Positions 33,328-43,793 of a stretch of DNA of 64,000 bases are shown piece by piece. Position numbers and translations under genes: made by a program. Numbering within the stretch: the first letter of the stretch is position 1; every line of letters starts with the position of its first letter. Where the stretch lies: assembly GCA_034520965.1 (NCBI GenBank), contig JAXHMY010000003.1, positions 512,001-576,000 of the forward strand. Direction: 5' to 3'. The notes beneath the pieces are model-generated. The model saw only the letters and a program-made list of their open reading frames with translations, was not told where the DNA came from and made no database searches. The DNA is from Spirochaetia bacterium. Lineage in GTDB: Bacteria > Spirochaetota > Spirochaetia > DSM-16054 > Sediminispirochaetaceae.

Positions 33328-34902
33328 ATGGGTCTTAAGTATGAAAATTTGGATGCAACCGAGAGTTTTTCAGTATTAAATAAACTCCCGGTGCCTTCGC
33401 TGCGCGAGGTTCTTACCACTGAGCGTGTTTCCGCGTGTACCATACCGGTCGGCGGTGGACTGTCTTTCAACTATGCCGCACTTCCGGTGGATAAAAAGAT
33501 ATCCGCCGCCCTGGCCGAACTTGCCGATGAGCAGCAGCTTATCGACAAATACCGAGCCCTGCTTGATGGTGAACGCATGAACACCGGTGAAAACCGGATG
33601 GTACTCCATCACCTGACGCGGGGTCAGCTTGGAAATGCCGTTGAAGAAAATGGTCATAACTTTAGAGCTTTTTATGAAACCCAACTGGAGCGTATATCGG
33701 CCTTCAGCAACAAGGTTCATGAAGGGACCATTAAAGGCTCAACGGGAAAGAACTTTACCACCGTTGTGCAAATCGGCATCGGCGGTTCTGATTTGGGGCC
33801 AAGGGCTCTCTACCTGGCCTTAAAGGGGTACTACTCTCAAGCCAAATTAGAGGCCCGCTTTATCTCTAATGTCGACCCCGATGATGCCGCAGCCGTACTC
33901 GATGGGCTTGACCTGGAAAGCACGCTTTTCATCCTGGTGTCCAAAAGCGGTACCACCCAAGAAACCCTGACAAACCAAAAGCTGGTACATAACTATATTT
34001 CTTCGCACGCCCCTAAAATTGATACACGTAGACATATGCTGGCGGTCACCAGTGCTGCCAGCCCATTGGCCGATTCCGAGGACTTTCTTGATAGCTTTTA
34101 CATCGATGATTACATTGGCGGTCGCTATAGCTCCACCAGTGCAGTCGGGGCGACAGTCCTTTCCCTGGCCTTTGGAGGGGATGAGTTTGCACGTGTACTC
34201 AGAGGAGCCCACGATGCCGACCGCCATGCCCTGGAACCATCCTTCTACGACAATGCTGCCTTAGCCGATGCACTCATGGGAGTATACATGGGCAATATCT
34301 TGAAATATCGGGTCAGTGCGGTGTTGCCCTACTCCCAGGCTCTGGGACGCTTCCCGGCTCATCTGCAGCAGCTGGATATGGAAAGTAATGGGAAACAAGT
34401 AAGCCGCAGTGAAGTGCCTTTAGCTTATCACACCGGCCCGGTTATTTTTGGGGAGCCGGGAACCAATGGTCAGCACTCTTTCTATCAACTACTGCATCAG
34501 GGAACCGAACAGATTAATTTACAGTTCATTGGCTTCCTGAAAAACCAGCGCGACCTGGATTCAGTACAAGACGGTTTCAGCAGCCGCCAAAAGCTTAATG
34601 CAAATTTAGCGGCTCAAATTGTTGCCTTTGCAAAGGGCAAGCAAGATGAAAAGCCTAACAAATCCTTTCCCGGCAACCGCCCCTCCAGCCTGCTGTATGG
34701 GAACGAACTTACGCCCGAATCCCTTGGAGCTTTACTGGCCCATTTTGAGAACAAAGTAATGTTTCAGGGTTTCACCTGGAATATAAACTCTTTTGATCAG
34801 GAAGGAGTTCAGCTGGGAAAACTGCTTACCAAGGAAGTTCTTGGCGGCGAACCGCAGGATGCCGGTTTGAGCGCATACGCCCGTTTGCTGGGAGTTCTCT
34901 GA
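33328..34902 (+). CDS. pgi: Glucose-6-phosphate isomerase
   Basis: IGIGGSDLGP, SKSGTTQET, GGRYS, QQLDMESNGK, GTNGQHSFYQ, FDQEGVQLGK. Confidence 0.96.
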   Translation: MGLKYENLDATESFSVLNKLPVPSLREVLTTERVSACTIPVGGGLSFNYAALPVDKKISAALAELADEQQLIDKYRALLDGERMNTGENRMVLHHLTRGQLGNAVEENGHNFRAFYETQLERISAFSNKVHEGTIKGSTGKNFTTVVQIGIGGSDLGPRALYLALKGYYSQAKLEARFISNVDPDDAAAVLDGLDLESTLFILVSKSGTTQETLTNQKLVHNYISSHAPKIDTRRHMLAVTSAASPLADSEDFLDSFYIDDYIGGRYSSTSAVGATVLSLAFGGDEFARVLRGAHDADRHALEPSFYDNAALADALMGVYMGNILKYRVSAVLPYSQALGRFPAHLQQLDMESNGKQVSRSEVPLAYHTGPVIFGEPGTNGQHSFYQLLHQGTEQINLQFIGFLKNQRDLDSVQDGFSSRQKLNANLAAQIVAFAKGKQDEKPNKSFPGNRPSSLLYGNELTPESLGALLAHFENKVMFQGFTWNINSFDQEGVQLGKLLTKEVLGGEPQDAGLSAYARLLGVL

Positions 34903-34943
34903 AAAGCTCCACTGTAATCCTCATTTCGCACTTATATCAAATC

Positions 34944-35011
34944 AGTTTCGCATACCGCTTCGCGGCAACCGAAACGACGAAAATAGCTGGATACGGCTAT
35001 TTTCTAAATAG
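34944..35011 (+). repeat. 68-bp two-hairpin REP-like repeat, copy A
   Basis: 60/68 identical to the reverse complement of 36802-36869. Confidence 0.8.
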
Positions 35012-35016
35012 AATAC

Positions 35017-35232
35017 ACAAAAAAGGGCTGCCGAAAAACTTCCGGCAGCCCTTAAAAATGAAAAGCACTTAAAAAGAACCCTCAGGGAAAAGGAGGTACA
35101 AAACCCTGAGGGATAACAAAAAAAGGAGGTCGATGAAAAAGTTTCCATGCTCTTCAATGAAAAAACCATTCTGGCTGGATATGGTTACATAGAAACAAAT
35201 AATTTATGGAAAAAACCATAAATTAATTATCT
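35017..35232 (-). ncRNA. Candidate small regulatory RNA (~215 nt) with anti-SD motifs
   Basis: Own promoter and U6 terminator, two further hairpins, ACCUCCUUUU twice, UUUUCAU three times; no convincing ORF on this strand. Confidence 0.65.
35019..35053 (-). terminator. Rho-independent terminator of the candidate sRNA
   Basis: AAGGGCUGCCG/CGGCAGCCCUU 11-bp stem running into U6. Confidence 0.8.
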
Positions 35233-35237
35233 CCAGT

Positions 35238-35266
35238 AACTTAATAAAAACGAAAAAAAATGTCAA
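35238..35266 (-). promoter_or_regulatory. Sigma70-type promoter of the candidate sRNA
   Basis: Minus strand TTGACA (35266-35261)-17 bp-TAAGTT (35243-35238), with an AT-rich upstream region. Confidence 0.65.
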
Positions 35267-35379
35267 TACTCAAATGTAATAATTTTCACATAAATATTAT
35301 ACACCCTAGAAATGAGACCAAATTTTTTAAATTTATTAATCTATTATAGCTTTTATTGCTATATTATTCACAAAAAATA

Positions 35380-36732
35380 TTATTTATCTTTAATGTACAC
35401 CTGGTTTTTCATACTCATCGGCTGGCGAGTATTTTCCAGCACGTCACGCCATAAACTGCCCTCAATATCGACATGCCGACGCTTAGAAACCGCAACCCGC
35501 ATTGGCACATGCACAAAATTGTCGTGGACCATACTAATAAGAGTTTTTGTTTTTCCCGCTACCGCCGCATGCACAGCATTTGCACCCAGTCGTGAACAGT
35601 AGATTGAATCGTTTGGATTTGCTGCAGCACTGCGAATCATATAGCTGGGATCAATATACTTGATATTTACTTCCATGCCGTCTTTTTCAAAAAACTCCTT
35701 GATTCTTCTTTTTAGTACTGAGCCAATGTCCTCTAGACTCTTATTTCCGGACAAATCGGTTTTGCCGGTTTCGCTGGTGAGTTTTTCCCCGGCCCCTTCG
35801 GCTACCAAAATAACCGCATGATTCCGGTCTGCAAGGCGACGTTTCAGGTGAACGAACAAACCATTCTCTCCATCTAAGTCAAAGGGACTCTCCGGGATGA
35901 GGCAAAAGTTTACATCGCTCATTGCCAAAGCCGTATGGGCTGCAATGAAACCGGACTCACGCCCCATCACTTTTACCAAACCAATGCCGTTTATGGTATC
36001 GTGAGCCTCGGTATGAGCTGCAGAAACAGCTTTTACAGCCTCAGTAACCGCCGTGTCAAATCCAAATGACCGCTGAATAAAACTGAGGTCATTATCAATA
36101 GTTTTGGGTATACCGATAATGGAAATCTTAAGGTTGCGCCGTTCAAGCTCTTCCGCTACCTCTAAAGCTCCGCGCTGAGTGCCGTCACCACCAACGGTAA
36201 ACAGCATACTAATATTCATACGCTCGATTGCATCTGCAATCTCTTCAACTCGATTTCCGCCGCCCCGTGCCGACTTTAAAATCGTTCCCCCCTTGGTTTG
36301 AATATCATCAACAATCTCCGGGTCCAATTCCAAGGGCGCAAAACCGGTTTCCGGGAGAAAACCCCGATACCCATTCTGAATGCCGGTGATTCTTGTAATA
36401 TTATATCGATACCACAAACAGCGTACTACTGCTCTAATAACATTGTTTAGGCCGGGGCAGAGCCCCCCGCAGGTGACAATCGCTGCATGTACATGCTTTG
36501 GGTTGAAGTAAATCTTCTCGCGGGGACCGGCCTTTTCCAGCAGCTCATGTGGGTCAAAACATACCTGCTGATGATCCTCCACGACCCCTTCGATATGATA
36601 AAGGATCTTTTCCTCATCATTTACGTAATTGGCAACCATATCTCCATCTTCGGTCGACATAATTATTGGTGATGTAATTTTTCGTTTGCCTAAGGCTGGA
36701 ACGCTATAATCTTTTGCTTTAGTATCCGACAT
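35380..36732 (-). CDS. pfkA: 6-phosphofructokinase (ATP-dependent, plant/spirochaete type)
   Basis: VTCGGLCPG, GGDGT, PKTIDND, MGRESG, VAEG, IDPSY. Confidence 0.9.
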   Translation of the reverse strand: MSDTKAKDYSVPALGKRKITSPIIMSTEDGDMVANYVNDEEKILYHIEGVVEDHQQVCFDPHELLEKAGPREKIYFNPKHVHAAIVTCGGLCPGLNNVIRAVVRCLWYRYNITRITGIQNGYRGFLPETGFAPLELDPEIVDDIQTKGGTILKSARGGGNRVEEIADAIERMNISMLFTVGGDGTQRGALEVAEELERRNLKISIIGIPKTIDNDLSFIQRSFGFDTAVTEAVKAVSAAHTEAHDTINGIGLVKVMGRESGFIAAHTALAMSDVNFCLIPESPFDLDGENGLFVHLKRRLADRNHAVILVAEGAGEKLTSETGKTDLSGNKSLEDIGSVLKRRIKEFFEKDGMEVNIKYIDPSYMIRSAAANPNDSIYCSRLGANAVHAAVAGKTKTLISMVHDNFVHVPMRVAVSKRRHVDIEGSLWRDVLENTRQPMSMKNQVYIKDK

Positions 36733-36801
36733 ACTCTCCCCTTCTACTCTCTATGCAATTGCTTGAGGAGTAGTGTAGTAAGCTGTTTCAATTTATGCAA
36801 G

Positions 36802-36869
36802 CTATTAAAAAAATAGCCGTATCCGGCTATTTTCGTCGTTTCGCTTGCCCCACAGCGGCATGCGAAACT
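36802..36869 (-). repeat. 68-bp two-hairpin REP-like repeat, copy B
   Basis: Inverted copy of 34944-35011; starts at the cyclase stop codon. Confidence 0.8.
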
Positions 36870-38526
36870 ATTTAGAAGTAAGCACTTCAACCCCGCTCCA
36901 GCCGGCGGGAGGGGGAGATTTAATATAGGCACGGCAGCGTTCAATATACAGATCGGCCAAATAATCATCGGGCAAAAACTTCTTAACTCCCGCAAAATAC
37001 TTTAAAGCCTGGTTGAAATGTCTCTGATAATAGTACTTTAAGCCGGTATGGTGATATTGCCAGGCCTTTTTCTGCCGCGCCGTGATCGTCCGTTCGGCAG
37101 TATAAATATTTTCTCCTGTGGTTTTGCCCTTCACTACCACCTTATCTACTAAGCGACAGGGAATTTTTCCCTTCGCTTTCCGATAGACACTTTCAGAAAA
37201 AATGATGCTTTGCTGATAGGGCTTCGTCAATCCCTCAAGCCGGGAGCCTAGATTTACCATATCCCCAATGATGGTGTAATCCATTTTTTTCTCCGAACCG
37301 ATATTGCCAACCGTTACCACCCCATAATTTATTCCAATACCGGTTTTGAACTCCGGCTTGCCGTTCCTGCTCTGTTCTTCATTAAAAGACCTCAGAGCTT
37401 CCTGCATCTCAACCGCAGCCAACACAGCTTGAACGGCATCATCCTCATGCTTTACCGGTGCACCAAAAAATGCCATGATCGCGTCGCCGATATATTTATC
37501 AATTACCCCTCCGTGGCTGATGATAATATCCACCATCATTTCAAAATAGCGGTTTAGGGCACTCACCAGTTCATCAGGCATAAAGCCTTCTGAAATAGTG
37601 GTAAAACTGCGAATATCTGAAAAAAGAATTGCTACAACTCGATTATCACCAACCAGCATCCGCTCAGGATTCATAAAGATAGTATCGATCACATCTTTGG
37701 GAACATATTTTTGAAATATACTGCGCACCTTGTGTTCATTTTTCTGGGCTAGTACCGCCTTAAAGGCAAACTCTTTTATCTGGTTGTACGCACGTTCCAG
37801 TTCGGTAGACATCATGTTAAAAGTGTGGGCCAACCGACCTATCTCATCGTCATATTCAACCGGTACTCGATGAGAAAGATCATTAGTTTCGATAATGTGG
37901 TGCATTCCCTTCACCACCAGGCGAATAGGGCGGGTCAGATAACCGGAAAAGAAAAACAACATTATCAGTGAAAGAACTATTGAGCCGCCCAGCACGTACC
38001 CGGTATTCACAATTATCTGGTCTGCTTCCCGATAAAAAGCCTGAGAGCTTTCGGTAACTAAAATGTACCAATCGAAGGGGGGGAATGAAAAAGACTGCCC
38101 TACACGTTCCACATTTCCAAGAGTGAAATTTACCCAGCCCTCCTCCTCTTGATGAATTTTCCTGTACAGTCTGGCTTTCTCAACAACCGTAAGCTCTATA
38201 TCATCGCTGGCCATAGCCACTCTGGCGTCAGCATCAAGGGCTATAATCAACTCGGTATCACTGCGTATAATAGATTCAGCGTATGAAGCAACGGCATTCT
38301 TTGCAACACTGAGGTAGCGCTCATCCTCGTGCAAGCGATTCTGTTCCAGTAGATTCCACTGACTATACGCGTAGTTCTCCAGCTCTTCGGCCTTGAACCC
38401 TAGGAATTCAATCGCAACTCGTGTCATTCCGCTGCGCGCAGAGAAAGAAGACACTACTCCGGTTATGATAAGAGAACTCATGAGGATAGGTATTACGACA
38501 AAAATAATCTTTGCTCGGATTCTCAC
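36868..38526 (-). CDS. Membrane class III adenylate/guanylate cyclase with HAMP domain
   Basis: Two TMs, HAMP (DEIGRLA), FSDIRSFT, DKYIGDAIMA, GDMVNLGSRLE. Confidence 0.92.
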   Translation of the reverse strand: MRIRAKIIFVVIPILMSSLIITGVVSSFSARSGMTRVAIEFLGFKAEELENYAYSQWNLLEQNRLHEDERYLSVAKNAVASYAESIIRSDTELIIALDADARVAMASDDIELTVVEKARLYRKIHQEEEGWVNFTLGNVERVGQSFSFPPFDWYILVTESSQAFYREADQIIVNTGYVLGGSIVLSLIMLFFFSGYLTRPIRLVVKGMHHIIETNDLSHRVPVEYDDEIGRLAHTFNMMSTELERAYNQIKEFAFKAVLAQKNEHKVRSIFQKYVPKDVIDTIFMNPERMLVGDNRVVAILFSDIRSFTTISEGFMPDELVSALNRYFEMMVDIIISHGGVIDKYIGDAIMAFFGAPVKHEDDAVQAVLAAVEMQEALRSFNEEQSRNGKPEFKTGIGINYGVVTVGNIGSEKKMDYTIIGDMVNLGSRLEGLTKPYQQSIIFSESVYRKAKGKIPCRLVDKVVVKGKTTGENIYTAERTITARQKKAWQYHHTGLKYYYQRHFNQALKYFAGVKKFLPDDYLADLYIERCRAYIKSPPPAGWSGVEVLTSK

Positions 38527-38680
38527 TCTGCTGCTACGCTCCTAATTAAAGCCCTATTCCTGCACAATTTTTGCACACGGGCTTTATCACAATAATCGGT
38601 TACTACAGCCAAGCGCTTAAACTTTTACCGTTAATGTGTCGACAACTTATAGTGATTAAGCTCAAGGAGACTGATGAAAA

Positions 38681-40483
38681 GTGGCCACAACTTCTCCCTC
38701 ACAGCACACTGCACAGGGTACACCTCGAAATGAAATTCCGGTTGAGGTTGAAGGCTTTTCAGAGGAAGAACGCCGGGATATTGTCGATCAAATTGATCAG
38801 GTAGCCCGAAGTAATCGTTTGGGTGCATCCGAGGCTTTCTCGAATATACAACCTCAGAAAAAGGGTTCACTTTTTCCAATAGTAGTAAACGTGCTGGCCC
38901 TCATTCTAATTGGAGCAGGTGTTTTCGGGGCCAACTACTACTTCAATCGGCAGATTGAGGCCTTGAGTATTGAATCCGGCCAGCTTGAATCGGCTGAAGG
39001 AAAGATTCTGGAAGCGGTAAAAAAAGAGTCTGAAGAACAGTTAAACGCCAAAGAGGCTGAAATATCACAGATACGTGAAGACCTCCAGGAAATTGCACGA
39101 GAACGACAGTCGCTGCAGGAAAATATGCAAGCTCAAATTGATGCAAAAGAGCAACAGCTCCGAAGCGACCTTGAAGCAACACTTAGGCAGGAGCGGGAAC
39201 GACTCGAATCGCAAGGAGTAAGCAGCCAGGAGCTGCAGGAACGCCTACAGGAGTTTCGACAGCAGCAGGAACAGGAATATCAAGCCGCTCTGCAGGAATA
39301 CCGAAGCGAAACTAGTCAGCAGTTAGCTGAAAAGGAACAGGAGCTGCAAGAAGCTCAGGCTACTGCAGAGCAGATTCTCGCTGAGGCAAACCGGGAAAAG
39401 GCTGAAATTTTAGAGGATACCCAGCAAAGAGAAGCTGAATTGCGCCGGCAATTCGAAACAGAACGTGAGCGCCTTACCGCAGAAACTTCAGAGGTCCAGC
39501 AGGAACTCGAACGTCTATCGAAAATACGATCAAATGAACAGCTGTACAGGGATCAGATAAATGGGATGTACCGAAATATTCAGCAAGCCCTTGAACAGGG
39601 CAATCGTCAAACCGCCCAGGCAAGAATCACAGATATGCGTGAGTTTCTGCAAAACATTTCATTTCAGGATGCCCCTTCACTTGCGAGACGAATGGACATC
39701 GATCAGTTTATGATAGACCTGCTGGAAGAACAAAGCCTTAGTACCGCCGCCGCTAAACCTGATGAATCCCTGTTGGAATCAGCCAAAACTATCTCCACTC
39801 TGCGAACTACCGTCGCTGAAGCACGAAAACTGCAGCAAGAGGGCAAGTTGTACGAGGCAAAACGATACTTTAACCGTGCTACCGAACTCATCCCGGCTGT
39901 TTCTACAGCCGTAAACCAACTTGAAAACATCAACCGGCAAGAACAAGCTGATAGAATTCGTCAATTACTCTCAGCCGGAGAGACTGCAGTAGAAAACGAA
40001 CAGTACGATCAGGCAATCGAACATTTCACCGCAGCGGTAACAGAGGCAGCCGATGTCCATTCAGCCGCGGCCGGAAGCGCATTAAAAGGGTTAGTTGAGA
40101 TTTTTAACAATCGGTTGCAATCAGAGGCTGCTGATTATGAACAGCGTATTAACTCTCTAGAAAGACAGATCGCACAGCTTATAGAGGAGAAGCAAGCTCT
40201 AAGTGAGGCATTGCAACAACGTTCTACCTCAGCCACTCAGCTCAGCAGAGAAATCGAGCAAAAAAATGCGCAGATTTCCCGATTAGAAAACACGTTGTCC
40301 ACACAGGAACAGCGCATCAATTCACTTTCAAATCAAATCGACCAGCTGGAAACTGAAAAGCAGCAGCTTGAACAGAGATATCAGAAGGTTCGCGGGCAGG
40401 TGGATACACTGAATAAAGAGCTCAATGATGCGGTAGATGAAATGGCAGACTTAATAAGCCGCGATGAATCGAGTCGCCCCTGA
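38681..40483 (+). CDS. Membrane-anchored long coiled-coil protein of unknown function
   Basis: 600 aa, single TM near the N-terminus, Q/E/R-rich heptads, TPR-like helical segment. Confidence 0.75.
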   Translation: MATTSPSQHTAQGTPRNEIPVEVEGFSEEERRDIVDQIDQVARSNRLGASEAFSNIQPQKKGSLFPIVVNVLALILIGAGVFGANYYFNRQIEALSIESGQLESAEGKILEAVKKESEEQLNAKEAEISQIREDLQEIARERQSLQENMQAQIDAKEQQLRSDLEATLRQERERLESQGVSSQELQERLQEFRQQQEQEYQAALQEYRSETSQQLAEKEQELQEAQATAEQILAEANREKAEILEDTQQREAELRRQFETERERLTAETSEVQQELERLSKIRSNEQLYRDQINGMYRNIQQALEQGNRQTAQARITDMREFLQNISFQDAPSLARRMDIDQFMIDLLEEQSLSTAAAKPDESLLESAKTISTLRTTVAEARKLQQEGKLYEAKRYFNRATELIPAVSTAVNQLENINRQEQADRIRQLLSAGETAVENEQYDQAIEHFTAAVTEAADVHSAAAGSALKGLVEIFNNRLQSEAADYEQRINSLERQIAQLIEEKQALSEALQQRSTSATQLSREIEQKNAQISRLENTLSTQEQRINSLSNQIDQLETEKQQLEQRYQKVRGQVDTLNKELNDAVDEMADLISRDESSRP

Positions 40484-40558
40484 TATGGGAAGAGTAACAG
40501 CTCCTAGAGCTTGACTATTAAACTAATTATATTTATTATAGTTTTTGGATAAAAAATA

Positions 40559-42502
40559 ATGCTTACAGAGTCAGTACAACTTTTCAATACAATCTATATG
40601 TTCACGCCGGCAGCCATTGGCCCGTTTCTTTCCCTTCTAGGGGTAATTATTATTGCCGCGGCAATCTACAACTCCCTTTTGCTGTTCTGGGAGTTCTCAA
40701 CTTTCTTTTTAGAAATGAACGCTTCTCCGGCTGCCGAACGCATCATCCATGCTATGCCGGATCCCCTGCTGGTATGTGACCGCAACAGCACCATCAAAGT
40801 CATCAATAACGCCTTTACTGAAGTGTTCGGCTATGAACACAGCGAGCTGATCAACAAAAACTTACAAGACTGCTCCAACTACACACGTTTGCTCTCACTT
40901 ATCGAATTGCTGGGCACAGAGAACAGCGCTTCAATCGAAACGAGTTTATACGACCGCGAGAACTATCTGTTTCCTGCTCAGGTTTCAGCCTCTCACCTTT
41001 TTAACAGGGATAACACTGTTTCCGGCACTATCTTTGTTATACAAGATGTACGGGAATACCGAAAGGTTATGAATGAAATCGAGGATCTATTTCATAAAAC
41101 TGAGGAGCAGGTGGAACAGCGTACTCAAGAACTCCAGCAGGCCAACTACGCTCTTAAAGATGAGATTCAGCGGCGCAAAGAAATTGAAGGACAACTGCGG
41201 CACACCGCTTTTCACGATTCTTTAACCGGCTTGCCCAATCGTGAACTCTTTTCCGAGTATCTTCAGCACTCGTTTAACAAATATAAACATCGCGGTGGTA
41301 TGACCTTCGCAATACTCTTTATTGACCTCGACCACTTTAAGTTTGTGAATGATACGTACGGTCATACCTGCTGGCGATTTTGTTCTAAAGCAAAGCGCCT
41401 TCCGTTTACATGAATGTTTACGCGATGTAGATACGGTAGGCCGTATAGGCGGGGATGAATTTGTGGTACTGATGGATGAAATCAGCGAGCCCTCCCAGAC
41501 AATTAAGGTGGCCGAACGGATATTAGATGCTATGCAGGAGGAAATTAACTTCAACGGCACTAAGATACGGATAGGAAGCAGTATCGGAATTTGTTTTGCC
41601 GAACAGAGACATGAGGCCCCGAAAGAGATAATTCGTGATGCAGATATTGCCCTATATCACGCGAAACAGCAGGGGCGACACCGGCACTCGCATCTTTCAG
41701 GGAGAACTGCAGGAGAAGGCTATTCGTCATATGAAAATCGAGCAGGAACTACGCGAGACGGGTTCATCAGAGCGGCTTTGATATACAGTATCAGCCAATA
41801 GTAGAACTCTCGGAGGGTACGCTTAAGGGATTCGAAGCCCTCATACGCTGGAACTCTGCAGAACTGGGTCAAATAAGCCCGGAAACATTTATACCGATTG
41901 CAGAAGAGAGCGAACTAATATATGAAATCGGACGATGGGTACTCTTCCGAGCCTGCAACGATATGAGTAATTGGCTTCAGCATATTCCGTCACACCTCAA
42001 GCACATTACCATAAGCGTAAATGTATCTCCACGCCAGCTTCAATCCTCCGTACTGCTGCAGGATATCGAGAATGCTCTTGCAGAGAGCATGCTGCCTCCG
42101 GAGAACTTGGTAGTCGAAGTTACCGAAAGTGCAATTATTACAGACAGCAAAGGCGCGCTGGCAACCCTCAATCAGTTGAAAGAAATGGGTGTAAAGCTCC
42201 ATTTGGATGATTTCGGTGAAGGCTATTCTTCACTTAACCTTCTGTACCGTTTTCCCTTCGATACCATGAAAATCGATCGTTCCTACGTGAGCGGGCTTCA
42301 AAATAACCATGACAACAGCGAAGTTGTTCGAACCATCATCAACCTTGGTCACTCAATGAAAAAAGAAGTCATCGCCGAAGGCATAGAAACCTCGAATGAG
42401 GCAACTGCTCTGCGAAATTTCAAATGTGAACTGGGGCAGGGTTTTTTCTTCTCCAGACCTCTTGACGAGGATATGGCACGCTTGTTTATAGATTCGACAT
42501 GA
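40559..42502 (+). pseudogene. PAS-GGDEF-EAL c-di-GMP signalling protein, frameshifted
   Basis: PAS, HDSLTGLPNR, GGDEF, GFEALIRW, DDFGEGYSSL, KIDRS, IAEGIE across frames. Confidence 0.85.
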
Positions 42503-42504
42503 TA

Positions 42505-42538
42505 AAGAAAGCGGCACCCCCGCAGAGCTGCCGCTTTT
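42505..42538. terminator. Bidirectional terminator between convergent genes
   Basis: aaagcggca...tgccgcttt stem. Confidence 0.65.
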
Positions 42539-42560
42539 ATGATAGTAGCAAGCGTAAATG

Positions 42561-43567
42561 CTACTCGCCGGTTAAGATATATTTTTCAGGATGCAGCAGT
42601 GCCCGTGCGTATTGGGCTCGAGTGTAAATCTCGGGTTTCGGATTATTCGCATAGCTTAACTTACCCTGAAAATCTTTTAAGGATTTGTAATTTTTATCAT
42701 CCATCCACTCTTTCAGTTCTCCAAGCATCTTCGGTACAATCACAATTGAATGACTGTACATGGCGCTCACCATCTGCGCCACATCTGCCCCGGCTAATAA
42801 GACTTTAATTAAGCTTTCGGTTGAGTTCACACCATTACTGGCACACACGCTTGCATTGATTTGACCATGCAGCAAGCCGGCAAAACGCAGTGCAAGGCGA
42901 TAGTCATTGCTGTTGCTCAAATTCAGCGAATAGTCGTTCTCTTCCCGATCGATATTAATGCTGGGCTGAAAAAGCCGGTTAAACAGCACAAAACCCTTGA
43001 CCCCCGAAGTATCCAGCTGCTTAATAAAATACAGCGGGCTGCTATAGTAGGGGCTCAGTTTTACCGAGACCGGTATATTTACATTCTGAACCACCTCGGT
43101 CACTGCCTCAAGCTGCTCTTTCTCTACAGTGCGCGCGTCTACATCAAACTCTACCGGCAGACGATAAAAATTAAGTTCTAATCCATCCACTCCCGTTTCT
43201 TCCATTTTTTTGCATAATCAATCCAGGTCTGTCGATTAATAGCATTCAAACTTGCAATAATCGGAATGGAAGTTTCCTCCTTGGCCTTACGCAGCCAATG
43301 CAGGTGGTCATCGGGACCGGAGTGCTCTAACTCGGGAAAAATGGTCAGCATCTCTCCATACAGATCATCATCTTTATGTAAATCCTCTTTCATTTTGTAG
43401 CTTTCAAGCTGAATCTGCTCTTCAAAAAGCGACTTGATAACTGGTGCTCCGACTCCGGCATCCTCCAGCTTATGAATACTGCTCATGTGAGAAGTGAGAC
43501 TTGAAGCCCCTGCGATAATTGGATTCTTTACATCAATTCCCATGTACTTTGTCTTAAGATCGACCAT
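42561..43567 (-). pseudogene. Dihydroorotate dehydrogenase-like protein, one frameshift near 43200
   Basis: KNPII, KSLFEEQI, ASLN, LELN, VKLSP, LFNR. Confidence 0.85.
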
Positions 43568-43793
43568 ATACTCTCCTCTCTTCCCTTATAGGGATAAAAA
43601 TTCGTCTTTCTCCTAGTATAAGAAAAAAAAGGGGCAAATATCCAACCCTATAAAATATTTTGTCCATTTTTCCTTCGATATCGCTTAAAACTGCATGTAT
43701 TCCGCCAGTATAAAGACAAACACTGCGAGCATAGAAAAGATAAGTAATTGCATCTTTGGGGCTCCTACATTACAATTACAGCATCAAAGGAGT

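Noticed and set aside
35133..35192. 19-codon + strand ORF MKKFPCSSMKKPFWLDMVT behind a perfect AGGAGGT, as a possible type I toxin or leader peptide
   Set aside because: Not hydrophobic, no evident + strand promoter, and promoter/terminator polarity favours the minus-strand RNA. Kept only as an alternative.
35040..35230. CsrB-like GGA sponge on the + strand
   Set aside because: Few GGA motifs and no + strand promoter or U-tailed terminator
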